Under the pieces are notes generated by a model. That model was not told the origin of the DNA, ran no database searches, and worked only from the letters and a program-made list of their open reading frames with translations. Positions 1 through 8,712 of a DNA stretch of 64,000 nt are shown here, piece by piece. Source of the DNA: Candidatus Enterousia sp. (lineage in GTDB: Bacteria; Pseudomonadota; Alphaproteobacteria; Rs-D84); contig JAZRLA010000015.1 of assembly GCA_045646605.1 (NCBI GenBank), positions 137,054 to 201,053 on the forward strand, read 5' to 3'. Position numbers and translations under genes: made by a program. Position 1 is the stretch's first letter. The number at the start of each line of letters is the position of its first letter.

Positions 1-191
1 TATGGGGCGTCCGGGATGTCAAAAAATGGGGTTACGGAAAAAAGTGTGCTTGCCAGAATCCAACAAGAAGCCGAAACACCATATGAAAACAAAAAGAAAG
101 CAAATATAAACAAACTTCGCAATATCAACGTAAAGAAAAAAAATATGCTGACATCAATTTTGGAACACCTTGATAAATTGATTTAAAAAAT

Positions 192-785
192 ATGAATCAA
201 TACAACGAATTTTTGGATTCTTGGAATCATGTTCTGGGATACGAAACACCGAGGCATCATCAAGAAATGACAAATTTTCTTGCCAATGTCACCGAAGGCG
301 ATTCGCATCGTGGGTTACTTATGGCGTTCAGGCATTCCGGAAAATCAACAATTGTTGGAATTTTTGCCGCATGTGTGTTATATATGCGTCCTGAAACACG
401 AATTTTAATTTTATCTGCGGAAACACATTTGGCAACACGAATGGTTATGCATATACGGCATATATTGGAAAATCATCCATGGTGCGTCGATATGATCCCC
501 AAAAATAAACGTGAATGGGCAGAAAACAAAATAACAATCAACAGACCGATCGGCATACGTGAACCTTCGGTTGTTTGCCAAGGTATCCACGGAAATATAA
601 CGGGTATGCGTGCAGATTTAATAATATGTGACGATGTCGAGGTACCAAATACATGCAACACAATAAAAAAACGTGGTGCGCTGCGTGAAAGATTAAGGGA
701 ACTGGATTTCATCCTTTCACCACACGGCACCATGATTTATATTGGAACGCCACATACACTGGATACGATATATCGCACAAATTAA
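192..785 (+). CDS. phage/GTA-like terminase large subunit, N-terminal ATPase fragment (gene appears split)
   Basis: Walker A 'RHSGKST' and Walker B 'DLIICDDVE' motifs. ORF stops at 785. The matching nuclease half resumes at about 4160 on the same strand. Confidence 0.6.
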   Translation: MNQYNEFLDSWNHVLGYETPRHHQEMTNFLANVTEGDSHRGLLMAFRHSGKSTIVGIFAACVLYMRPETRILILSAETHLATRMVMHIRHILENHPWCVDMIPKNKREWAENKITINRPIGIREPSVVCQGIHGNITGMRADLIICDDVEVPNTCNTIKKRGALRERLRELDFILSPHGTMIYIGTPHTLDTIYRTN

Positions 786-1435
786 TCCTTGCCATGTGAT
801 GGCATAGAACTTGTCAAACCATGTAAACGATGTAACAGTTCTTTACCTTCGTTCCCAAACATAGGAAGATAAGTTTCATATTCCGGCATATCAACCTGAA
901 GATTTGCGCGAACACGATCAGTTACCGGTTGTGCAAGGATTTCATTCGCAATATTCCAAATTTGATACGCTTTGGATACACGAACAATGTCATCAAATTT
1001 TTTCAATTCTTCGTGATTGTTGGCCAATACGTTTCGTGACATCGTAACCCAATCAGTCCCAAATTTTTTTATGATTGGGTTATTCATAAATTCATCCATA
1101 CCTTCTGGGGTTGGATTAAACGAATCAACCGCCGAAATAACTTGCTGTAATTCTTCGGGCACTATATTGGTGACGACCGTTGATTCGGCCATCATACCAC
1201 CATATGGCAATAATTCTTGCGCAATAGAATCCATCGATGTGACACCATCACGCAGGTTTTTGATATGTTGAACCAACATTTTCCCCGTCGGCAAATCTTG
1301 CAATTCACGCAGAATCTCATCGTTTGCCTCGTTAACAAAAACCTGATTTACCGCGCTCCACCCGCCAACAATAACATGCGCCTGGCGGTACAGATTCAAA
1401 AGTTTCTGTGCGGTAACACTTGTCTTTGCCTTCAT
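782..1435 (-). CDS. hypothetical protein, part of the inserted module
   Basis: 217-aa ORF with no recognisable motifs. Lies inside the segment that separates the terminase halves. Confidence 0.35.
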   Translation of the reverse strand: MKAKTSVTAQKLLNLYRQAHVIVGGWSAVNQVFVNEANDEILRELQDLPTGKMLVQHIKNLRDGVTSMDSIAQELLPYGGMMAESTVVTNIVPEELQQVISAVDSFNPTPEGMDEFMNNPIIKKFGTDWVTMSRNVLANNHEELKKFDDIVRVSKAYQIWNIANEILAQPVTDRVRANLQVDMPEYETYLPMFGNEGKELLHRLHGLTSSMPSHGKD

Positions 1436-1453
1436 CTCGATTACTCCCCCGGG

Positions 1454-2464
1454 TTATTCACTGATGAACATTATGACCTTATGCATCGTTGGCGCCGAAA
1501 TCTTTTCGTCGGGTGAAACCATTTGACCATAGACCTTACCCTTTGAATCTTTGCGTACAATCGCGATATTCGCAGACACAACCTCTTCAGATTTAAGGGT
1601 GCTGAAATCTTTATTGATAAAAACAGCCAAATCGCCAACATTAACATCGGCCTTGGTATCGGCAAAAATATAAGATTTTTCAGGTACAAATCCACCCAAA
1701 CGCTTGGAATTTGGTATAACCGCGTAAACACCGCGACGACCTTCAAGATTTGCCGGGGCCGCGATCATATTTGAATCCGACCTTTTGAACGATAGGTTCT
1801 TGCCATCTGGTTTGCCAAATACGGGAATCAATTTGCGACGCGCATTATCATAAAGCTTTGCACCATACAAATGCCCGTGCATTTCATCAAAATCACCCGC
1901 CGAATCCCCAGGCACCAAAACGGCCTTTACACGTTCTTGGACCTTGTTCATTTGTTTCGCTAATTCGCCAGATTTGTAAAGTTCCGCAATTTTATCAAAC
2001 AGGCTTTCGACAGAATGTGCAAAAGATTTCGCCAACGGTTCAATTTCGTTTTTATAAACCTCGCGTTGTCCGACCTCTATCTTGTGATAAACCGAAAGTG
2101 TCATACCGGCGTCCTTGGCCGCTTGGGCAATTGTTTTGCCGGATTGTTGACGTATTTTGCGTAATCCACTGCCAAATACTTTAAGTCCACCATCTTCGTT
2201 GTCGTTCATACGACGTGTGATTTCGGTTTGCCACTTGGATGCAACTTCATCAGTATCCTTGATAAAAATGTCGGACAATTTGCACCCCAATATATTGCAT
2301 ATATTCAATAATTGTTTCTGATTAAGGCGCCGCACACCCTTTTCAATCTTGGAAACGGCGGACAAAGACAAATTTGAACGACGTGCAAGTTCGGTCATTT
2401 TCATGCCCGTCGCAAGCCTTATATTACGAATATTGTTTGGAAAAATGATTTCTTCTTGGGCCAT
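1454..2464 (-). CDS. XRE-family repressor-like protein with two HTH domains and a C-terminal S24 (LexA/CI)-like domain
   Basis: Two HTH_XRE-like segments ('MTELARRSNLSLSAVSKIEKG' and 'IAQAAKDAGMTLSVYHKIEVG'). C-terminal region resembles the S24 peptidase fold ('DSNMIA'). Confidence 0.5.
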   Translation of the reverse strand: MAQEEIIFPNNIRNIRLATGMKMTELARRSNLSLSAVSKIEKGVRRLNQKQLLNICNILGCKLSDIFIKDTDEVASKWQTEITRRMNDNEDGGLKVFGSGLRKIRQQSGKTIAQAAKDAGMTLSVYHKIEVGQREVYKNEIEPLAKSFAHSVESLFDKIAELYKSGELAKQMNKVQERVKAVLVPGDSAGDFDEMHGHLYGAKLYDNARRKLIPVFGKPDGKNLSFKRSDSNMIAAPANLEGRRGVYAVIPNSKRLGGFVPEKSYIFADTKADVNVGDLAVFINKDFSTLKSEEVVSANIAIVRKDSKGKVYGQMVSPDEKISAPTMHKVIMFISE

Positions 2465-2537
2465 TTAAAGTCTCCTTGGATAAATCTTGACAAAATAATA
2501 AGGGATTTTTTAAACCATGGCAAGGAAAAAGTTTTGG

Positions 2538-2625
2538 GGTGGTTAGTGTTAGTGGCTAGTGGTTAGTAAACTCTGGAACTTATCCATAATTGTGAACAAA
2601 ATCCAAAGGTTACTAACCACTACTC
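2538..2625. repeat. palindromic repeat element A, copy with a divergent core
   Basis: Left arm GGTTAGTGTTAGTGGCTAGTGGTTAGT and right arm TACTAACCACTAC flank a CTCTGGAA...core. Overlaps the dnaB stop codon. Confidence 0.55.
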
Positions 2626-4287
2626 AAATTCATCGGGAATTTCATCGATGTCAATCGGCGTTGGGGCGTCAGTTGGCCCAGGAACCGGCGATACATCGGG
2701 TGCAAATTCAACCGTGCGACCCGCCATTTCATTAAGGTTATCGAACAAACTATATTCAGCCAAGAACGCAACCGTAACCGTATCTGTTCGACCGTGACGA
2801 TTTTTACCAATGATAATATCAGCCTTGCCCTTGGCCTTTTCAAGTCGGTTTTGCCATGAATCAACAGACTTTTCACTTGGTGTATTTGAAAGTCGCCGCG
2901 ATGGATCACGGTTTTGCAGATAATATTCTTCGCGATATGTGAACATAACAATGTCTGCATCTTGTTCAATAGAGCCCGATTCACGCAAATCGGCAAGTTG
3001 TGGCCGTTTATCATCGCGATTTTCCACACTGCGCGACAATTGTGAAAGTGCGATAACCGGAACACTAAATTCCTTGGCCATCATTTTAAGACCACGCGTG
3101 ATTTCGGATAATTCCTGAACACGATTATCACTGCGTTTACCCCCCGGCAAAGTTAGTAACTGCAAGTAATCAATAACGATAAGCGCAATTCCGTTATATT
3201 TCCGGGCAAGCCGTCGCACGCGTGTGCGAATCATCGGCAAAGACATCCCTGGGGTATCATCAATAAACAATGGAATTCGTCCGATTGCATCGGAAAATTG
3301 CGCCATTTTAAGGAAATCTTCATCAGTTAAAGAACCTTCACGCATCGCGGACGATGGAATTCGTGCCTGGGATGACAAAACACGTGCCGCCAATTCGGAT
3401 GCACCCATCTCTAAGCTGAAAAACGCAACGGCACCTTTATACTGTTCATTCGCGCGACCAGAAAAAATCGCATTTGCCGCATTAAACGCAATATTCATGG
3501 CAAGTGTGGTTTTACCCATACCCGGGCGTCCCGCGATGATAAGTAAATTTGATTTATGCAATCCACTTATTGCACGGTCCAAATCGGTAAGCCCAGTGGT
3601 CAGCCCAGAAAGTTTCCCATCGGCTTTGTACGCGATTTCTGCTTCGGCCAGTGCATCCTTTAACGCATTTGCAATTGGTACGACATCACGCGACGCATCC
3701 CCGGTCATTGCAAGATTGAATAACTTTTGTTCGGCGGATTCGATTTGTGATGATACCGGGTTATCAAGGTCTTCAACAAATGCCGCATCGGTAACGGATT
3801 GCCCAAAATCAATAAGTTCGCGCCGCACCGCATTTTCGTGAACAATTCGCCCATACTGTTCAACATTCACGACCGTTGCGCCGGCGCCAGCCAATTGAGT
3901 CAGGTATTCAACCCCACCAACCGATTCCAATGTTCCCTGTTGATCAAGGTAATTTTTTGCCGTGATTATATCAAAAGGAATTCCGGCGGCAAATTGGCGC
4001 AGGGCAAGTTTATATATTTCCTGGTGCGCGGGATGTGAAAAATCTTCGGGTCGCAGAAATTCGGAAATTTTTTCCAATGCGCGATTTTTCATCAAAACCG
4101 CGGCAAGGACGGCCTGTTCGGCCTCTAAATTAGTCGGTAAAGTTTTGGGAGTAAAGTCCATGCCAAACATAGTATACGAAAAAAATGTTTTTTCAACGCC
4201 TTTTTTATCGGGATATGCGGAACTTAAAATTCCAATAGTCGACAAAGATGGAACCGCGGCATGGCCGGCGGTTTTTCCCATAGACAA
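2620..4287 (-). CDS. dnaB: replicative DNA helicase DnaB
   Basis: DnaB N-terminal domain followed by RecA-like core with 'GRPGMGKTTLA' Walker A and 'IVIDYLQLL'. True start may be the internal 'MFGMDF'. Acidic C-terminal tail. Confidence 0.85.
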   Translation of the reverse strand: MSMGKTAGHAAVPSLSTIGILSSAYPDKKGVEKTFFSYTMFGMDFTPKTLPTNLEAEQAVLAAVLMKNRALEKISEFLRPEDFSHPAHQEIYKLALRQFAAGIPFDIITAKNYLDQQGTLESVGGVEYLTQLAGAGATVVNVEQYGRIVHENAVRRELIDFGQSVTDAAFVEDLDNPVSSQIESAEQKLFNLAMTGDASRDVVPIANALKDALAEAEIAYKADGKLSGLTTGLTDLDRAISGLHKSNLLIIAGRPGMGKTTLAMNIAFNAANAIFSGRANEQYKGAVAFFSLEMGASELAARVLSSQARIPSSAMREGSLTDEDFLKMAQFSDAIGRIPLFIDDTPGMSLPMIRTRVRRLARKYNGIALIVIDYLQLLTLPGGKRSDNRVQELSEITRGLKMMAKEFSVPVIALSQLSRSVENRDDKRPQLADLRESGSIEQDADIVMFTYREEYYLQNRDPSRRLSNTPSEKSVDSWQNRLEKAKGKADIIIGKNRHGRTDTVTVAFLAEYSLFDNLNEMAGRTVEFAPDVSPVPGPTDAPTPIDIDEIPDEFE

Positions 4288-5008
4288 AATAGAAAAAATT
4301 CGTAAAACGGTCGGAGAAAGGTATTTTTCAGCACAAATGATGTTGCAATTTGTTGCGCCTGATAAAATACGCCTCGATCCGGGTGGTATAAAGTTTTATG
4401 ATACTGACTTTGATCCGCACAGTTGCCGAATTGGTGATACACCAATAACTGGGGCAACAATTTATTGGGACCCATCGGGCGGTCGACGAAATTCTGATAA
4501 CAGTGTTTGTGTCATTATTTATCGCGATGACCGAACGCACCGGGTTTTTATCCACGATATAATTTATATCGTTGTCCCAGACGCAATTCAATATCCGCTT
4601 GCCTATCAATGTGAAAAAGTTCTTGGGTTTGTGCGTGCGCATCGGCAAAGGGCGCTCTGTCTTGAAACAAATGGAATCGGTGCGGCATTGCCGGAAATAA
4701 TGCGCGAAACAATTTCACGCGCTGGTTACGAAATACAAATACGTCCAATAACCAACAGCCGTCGCAAAGAAGACAGAATTTTGGACGCGATTGAACCATT
4801 GCTTACGACCGGACGTTTTTACGCAAATCGACGTATAACCCAGACACCATTTATATCAGAAATGTTGGCATGGACCCCGATTGGCAGTTCCGAACATGAT
4901 GACGGATTGGACGCAGTCGCGGGTGCAATTTTATGTTCGGCCACACCGATGCGGCCGATTGGAACAAATGTTCACAATTACATTGCGAACACAGATTTTA
5001 AACTTTAA
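4160..5008 (+). CDS. terminase large subunit, C-terminal nuclease fragment
   Basis: Continues the terminase after the about 3.4-kb opposite-strand insertion. The six-frame ORF 3962-5008 has a spurious N-terminal extension that overlaps dnaB antisense. Confidence 0.5.
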   Translation: MPNIVYEKNVFSTPFLSGYAELKIPIVDKDGTAAWPAVFPIDKIEKIRKTVGERYFSAQMMLQFVAPDKIRLDPGGIKFYDTDFDPHSCRIGDTPITGATIYWDPSGGRRNSDNSVCVIIYRDDRTHRVFIHDIIYIVVPDAIQYPLAYQCEKVLGFVRAHRQRALCLETNGIGAALPEIMRETISRAGYEIQIRPITNSRRKEDRILDAIEPLLTTGRFYANRRITQTPFISEMLAWTPIGSSEHDDGLDAVAGAILCSATPMRPIGTNVHNYIANTDFKL

Positions 5009-5023
5009 CCAAAAGGAAAGAAA

Positions 5024-6250
5024 ATGAAATATGACTTACAAAAAATGTATTCACGTGCATTAAACCTGCGCGAACCATGGCTGAAACGCTGGTCGGATGC
5101 GCGCCGTTATACAATGCCAACAACCGATGAAGAAATCGCGACATTGTTTGATGGAACGGCGGCGGATGCGGCGGACAATCTTTCGGCATGTATGTATTCA
5201 TTGCTAACGCCACCGGAATCATTGTGGTTGAACCTTGTCCCTGAATCCGAAGAATCACCGGACCCGGTTGCGGCAACTATGGCATTACGTTCGAATCTTA
5301 ATGAATCTAACTTTTATACAACTGTTCATCAATGTTATATGGATTTGGTAACAATGGGAACGGCGTGTTTGTTTATGTCTGAATCACCAATTGGTGCGGC
5401 AAGTGCATTTAACTTTACGGCAATCCCGATGACGGACATCGCGATTTTGCCGAATGCGGTATTTCATACTGCAACCGTTACCGCCCAAGATGTCGCGCGC
5501 CGTTATCCTGAATGGACGCCACCACGTGCAATCGTTGACGCAATAAAGCAAAATCCTGAATATCAATTACGCCTGGTCCAGGCATTAATTGATACCGAAT
5601 TCACTGCATGGATAGATGCGGGTGGCAATATTGAAAACAATATTGTTGCGACCGGCACATTCGAAACAAACCCATACATCATATTCCGTTGGGCGTTGGC
5701 GAGTGGCGAACTTTACGGTCGCGGTCCAATTCTGCGTGCATTACCCGATATCAAAACTGCAAATAAAGTTGTAGAATTGGTCCTTAAAAATGCGACAATC
5801 GCGGTCAGTGGTATATGGCAAGCCGATGATGACGGGGTCATAAACCTTAGTAACATCAATTTAACACCTGGTGCAATAATTCCCAAAGCGGTGGGCAGCA
5901 CCGGCCTAACGCCACTTGCGACGGGCGCGAACTTTGATGTGTCACAGATAATTTTGAAAGACCTGCGTGAACGCATCCGCCACACAATGCTTGCGGACAG
6001 AATCGGCACGCTTTCGGACAAAGAAATGACCGCAACGGAAATACTTGCGCGGAACGCGGACATGCTGCGCATATTGGGCGCGACATATGGACGATTGCTG
6101 CACGAATTTATCCGCCCGCTTTGCGACCGCGGACTTCAAATTTTGGCGCGGCGCGGCGTAATCGACAAAATATCACTGCACAGTGATGCGGAATTAAAAT
6201 ACATCGCACCGATTGCACAAATGGTCGCGGAAAACGGCACATTGATATAG
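5024..6250 (+). CDS. phage portal (head-to-tail connector) protein
   Basis: 408-aa ORF directly downstream of the terminase with an RBS. Synteny and overall portal-like composition support the call. Confidence 0.5.
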   Translation: MKYDLQKMYSRALNLREPWLKRWSDARRYTMPTTDEEIATLFDGTAADAADNLSACMYSLLTPPESLWLNLVPESEESPDPVAATMALRSNLNESNFYTTVHQCYMDLVTMGTACLFMSESPIGAASAFNFTAIPMTDIAILPNAVFHTATVTAQDVARRYPEWTPPRAIVDAIKQNPEYQLRLVQALIDTEFTAWIDAGGNIENNIVATGTFETNPYIIFRWALASGELYGRGPILRALPDIKTANKVVELVLKNATIAVSGIWQADDDGVINLSNINLTPGAIIPKAVGSTGLTPLATGANFDVSQIILKDLRERIRHTMLADRIGTLSDKEMTATEILARNADMLRILGATYGRLLHEFIRPLCDRGLQILARRGVIDKISLHSDAELKYIAPIAQMVAENGTLI

Positions 6251-6259
6251 GGGGCGCGC

Positions 6260-6466
6260 ATGGAAAAAATCGCACACGAATACGCCCGCACTTTTGCAGG
6301 GCCGTCCGGTCGGGCGGTCATTGACCACCTGCGCCGGATAACAATCGAAAGGGTGTTGGGGCCGCACGCAACGGACGCAGAATTGCGAACGCTGGAGGGT
6401 GCGCGCGCAATCGTGCATCAAATTGAAACACTAATTGAACGGGGACGGAACAATGCCAAAATCTAA
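6260..6466 (+). CDS. hypothetical small protein in the phage-like cluster
   Basis: 68-aa ORF placed where GTA/phage head clusters carry a small ORF after the portal. Confidence 0.25.
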   Translation: MEKIAHEYARTFAGPSGRAVIDHLRRITIERVLGPHATDAELRTLEGARAIVHQIETLIERGRNNAKI

Positions 6467-6710
6467 TGGATTCGCAAACATCATCGACACATTGCGCAGT
6501 GGTTGGTTCCTTATCGCGTTTATTGCCGGCATGATATATTGGGTCGCGCGCCAAGATAACGCCCTGGTCGAACTTGACCGATTGACGACACGCATAACGA
6601 CACTTGAAAACCGGACAACGATTTTGGAAACCGGAATAGGGCAATTACAACTAAAAATCGACGGCATCAAAGAAGACCTGACCATCATCAAAACAGCGGT
6701 GATAAAGTAG
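6435..6710 (+). CDS. small membrane protein with coiled coil (holin-like or unknown)
   Basis: One TM helix ('WFLIAFIAGMIYWV') followed by a heptad-like region. Confidence 0.3.
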   Translation: MNGDGTMPKSNGFANIIDTLRSGWFLIAFIAGMIYWVARQDNALVELDRLTTRITTLENRTTILETGIGQLQLKIDGIKEDLTIIKTAVIK

Positions 6711-6726
6711 TGTTAGTGGTAAGTGT

Positions 6727-6814
6727 AAGTGGTTAGTATACTCTGGAATAATTTCGCAATTACGGATTGATTCCAGAAGACGACTAACCACTAGAAAGCG
6801 TTTTTTGAATTTAA
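6727..6814. repeat. palindromic repeat element A (canonical copy)
   Basis: Arms GTGTTAGTGGTAAGTGTAAGTGGTTAGT and ACTAACCACTAG flank the palindromic core TTCTGGAATAATTTCGCAATTACGGATTGATTCCAGAA. Confidence 0.7.
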
Positions 6815-6835
6815 TTTGAAAAATTTAACAACATA

Positions 6836-6864
6836 TTGACAATGTGTGTTTTCTGTGCTATTAT
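6836..6864 (+). promoter_or_regulatory. near-consensus sigma70 promoter for the 6897 gene
   Basis: TTGACA, 17-nt spacer, TATTAT. An AAAGAG RBS precedes the ATG at 6897. Confidence 0.5.
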
Positions 6865-6896
6865 ATGGTCGTACAACAAAATAAAAAGAGTAAAAC

Positions 6897-8183
6897 ATGA
6901 CAGAATTAAATAAAAAATTCGGCTTTACAGAAGAACAGTTAGAACAGTTTGATGACGATCTTAGAAATGGCGGAAGAGACGGTAGAAGAGCACAAATACC
7001 CAAAGAGGTTTTGGCGATACTGGGTGATTATTACGTGCAATTGATTGAAAAATCCGTTCAGGCGACCGAAAAAGGTATGTCACACGAGGATGACATAGCT
7101 TCAGTAAGTCACCCTTTGTGCCATATTTACGAAGATGGTTTGATGGCCAATGAATTATATCGCCCGATTGGTGATATTTTGTTAGATAAATTGATTGAAA
7201 AGGCCGAACAGGGGTATTACAGCCATGCAAATCGTTCAATAGATGGTTATTGGCGCAGTGTGAAAGATAATAAAGATGCCCAGAAAGGATTGAAAACGAT
7301 ATTAGAAAAACATCCTAACTATGCATTTGGGCAGAAATATTTATCATACATGAATGGTGCCAGTCCCGAAGACGAAATGGCGATGATACAAAGTTATATT
7401 GAAAACCCAGATATGTATTTTGTTACCACAATTATGGTCGATATTGATGGCACACTTATTCGAAACGGTAAAGCCAATGATAATTTGATAGATTCAATTA
7501 TTGGTCGTAAAAATATCGCCATTTATACGGGTGGGGACCCCGTGAGCCAAAAGAAAGTTCTTGTAAAGGCAATCGCAGAAAAAATTTTGGAAAAATTCCC
7601 TTTGATAAAGGAAGATTTTTCTGTGGATACTATTGTAAATATTTATTCCCAAGATAATGAACAGAATATAGCATTGCGTGAGAAGTTATCACGCACACTA
7701 AGAGACAAAATCTGGGGTTTGTTTTTCAACCAAGAACCTGGCAATAAAGTTGATGCCCATATGATAGATGATATGGCGAACCGGGCTAAACGTATTTTGG
7801 AATTTCTAAATCGTTTAACGGCAACAGGTGGTGATCAGATTAAAATTTATCCAAAACAGGCATTCGCGCAGGAAAATATTTGTTTGGCCGACACTGTGAT
7901 TGATGATACCCAACCAGCCGCCCAGGGAATGAAAAGTCTTTATTCAGCGTGTCTGACCCCAGGTGAATCCCCGTTTTGGGTGAAAGAGATCAGGGGTGTC
8001 GAAAGGGGAATATCCAAAGAACGCGAAATAACGGCAGAGCAAGCTTTTGCTATGTATCAGCAAAAATGTAAAGAAAACATGATTGCGGGCGCTAAACAAG
8101 TTGATAAGCTAAGTGCTACCGAACAGAAAGCAACGGCTTTTTCTGATTCGTGTAAAACCGATGTTAAAAAAACTACTAGATAG
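6897..8183 (+). CDS. hypothetical protein with a central HAD-like phosphatase motif
   Basis: 'FVTTIMVDIDGTLI' matches HAD motif I (hhhhDxDGTL). Large flanking regions are unknown. Bracketed by A elements. Confidence 0.45.
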   Translation: MTELNKKFGFTEEQLEQFDDDLRNGGRDGRRAQIPKEVLAILGDYYVQLIEKSVQATEKGMSHEDDIASVSHPLCHIYEDGLMANELYRPIGDILLDKLIEKAEQGYYSHANRSIDGYWRSVKDNKDAQKGLKTILEKHPNYAFGQKYLSYMNGASPEDEMAMIQSYIENPDMYFVTTIMVDIDGTLIRNGKANDNLIDSIIGRKNIAIYTGGDPVSQKKVLVKAIAEKILEKFPLIKEDFSVDTIVNIYSQDNEQNIALREKLSRTLRDKIWGLFFNQEPGNKVDAHMIDDMANRAKRILEFLNRLTATGGDQIKIYPKQAFAQENICLADTVIDDTQPAAQGMKSLYSACLTPGESPFWVKEIRGVERGISKEREITAEQAFAMYQQKCKENMIAGAKQVDKLSATEQKATAFSDSCKTDVKKTTR

Positions 8184-8196
8184 TACGAAACCAGAA

Positions 8197-8371
8197 TAGT
8201 GGGTAGTGTAAGTGATTAGTGTTAGTGCGGGCGCGTTTGCGCCCGTTTTTGCGACACCCCGGCCTGCGGCCACCCCTCTAGCCAGATGGGAACTTTGCTT
8301 TCTGGAATAATTTCACAATCACGGATTGATTCCAGAAACTACTAACCACTTCCCACTAACACTAACCACTA
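8197..8371. repeat. palindromic repeat element A with embedded hairpin and element B
   Basis: Contains the A arms and core, the hairpin GCGGGCGCGTTTGCGCCCG, and a B copy at about 8253-8295 (GACACCCCGGCCTGCGGCCACCCCTCTAGCCAGATGGGAACTT). Confidence 0.7.
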
Positions 8372-8710
8372 AAACGCATTTTTCGTCCAATCTATGTGCC
8401 ATCCGTGGACGATAATAACATCAAACCGCGCGTCACCACACCAACGCCGCTGCAGCAAAAATGTTTCCGCCGCCAATCGCAGCCGCCTTTGTTGCGCGGA
8501 CGTAATCGCACCCCACGCCGCCATCACATTTTTGCGCTTTTTTACTTCGACAAAGATAATAAGTTTTCCGCGTTTTGCAATTATATCAATCTCTGCGCGC
8601 CCCGTATTTCGCCCGGTCGTATAACGCCGATGCAAAATCCGAAATCCATGCAATACCAAAAAAGCGCATGCAAAAAATTCTGAAAAAATTCCGGTCTTGT
8701 ATGAATCCAT
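8369..8710 (-). CDS. yraN: YraN-family (UPF0102) endonuclease
   Basis: 113 aa with 'GRAEIDIIAKRGKLIIFVEVKKRK', typical of YraN. Confidence 0.65.
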   Translation of the reverse strand: MDSYKTGIFSEFFACAFLVLHGFRILHRRYTTGRNTGRAEIDIIAKRGKLIIFVEVKKRKNVMAAWGAITSAQQRRLRLAAETFLLQRRWCGDARFDVIIVHGWHIDWTKNAF

Positions 8711-8712
8711 AT

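Noticed and set aside
2620-4287. Intein in DnaB, considered because of the 555-aa length
   Set aside because: The extra length comes from an N-terminal alternative start and an acidic C-terminal tail. No intein blocks or insertion of more than 130 aa in the helicase core.
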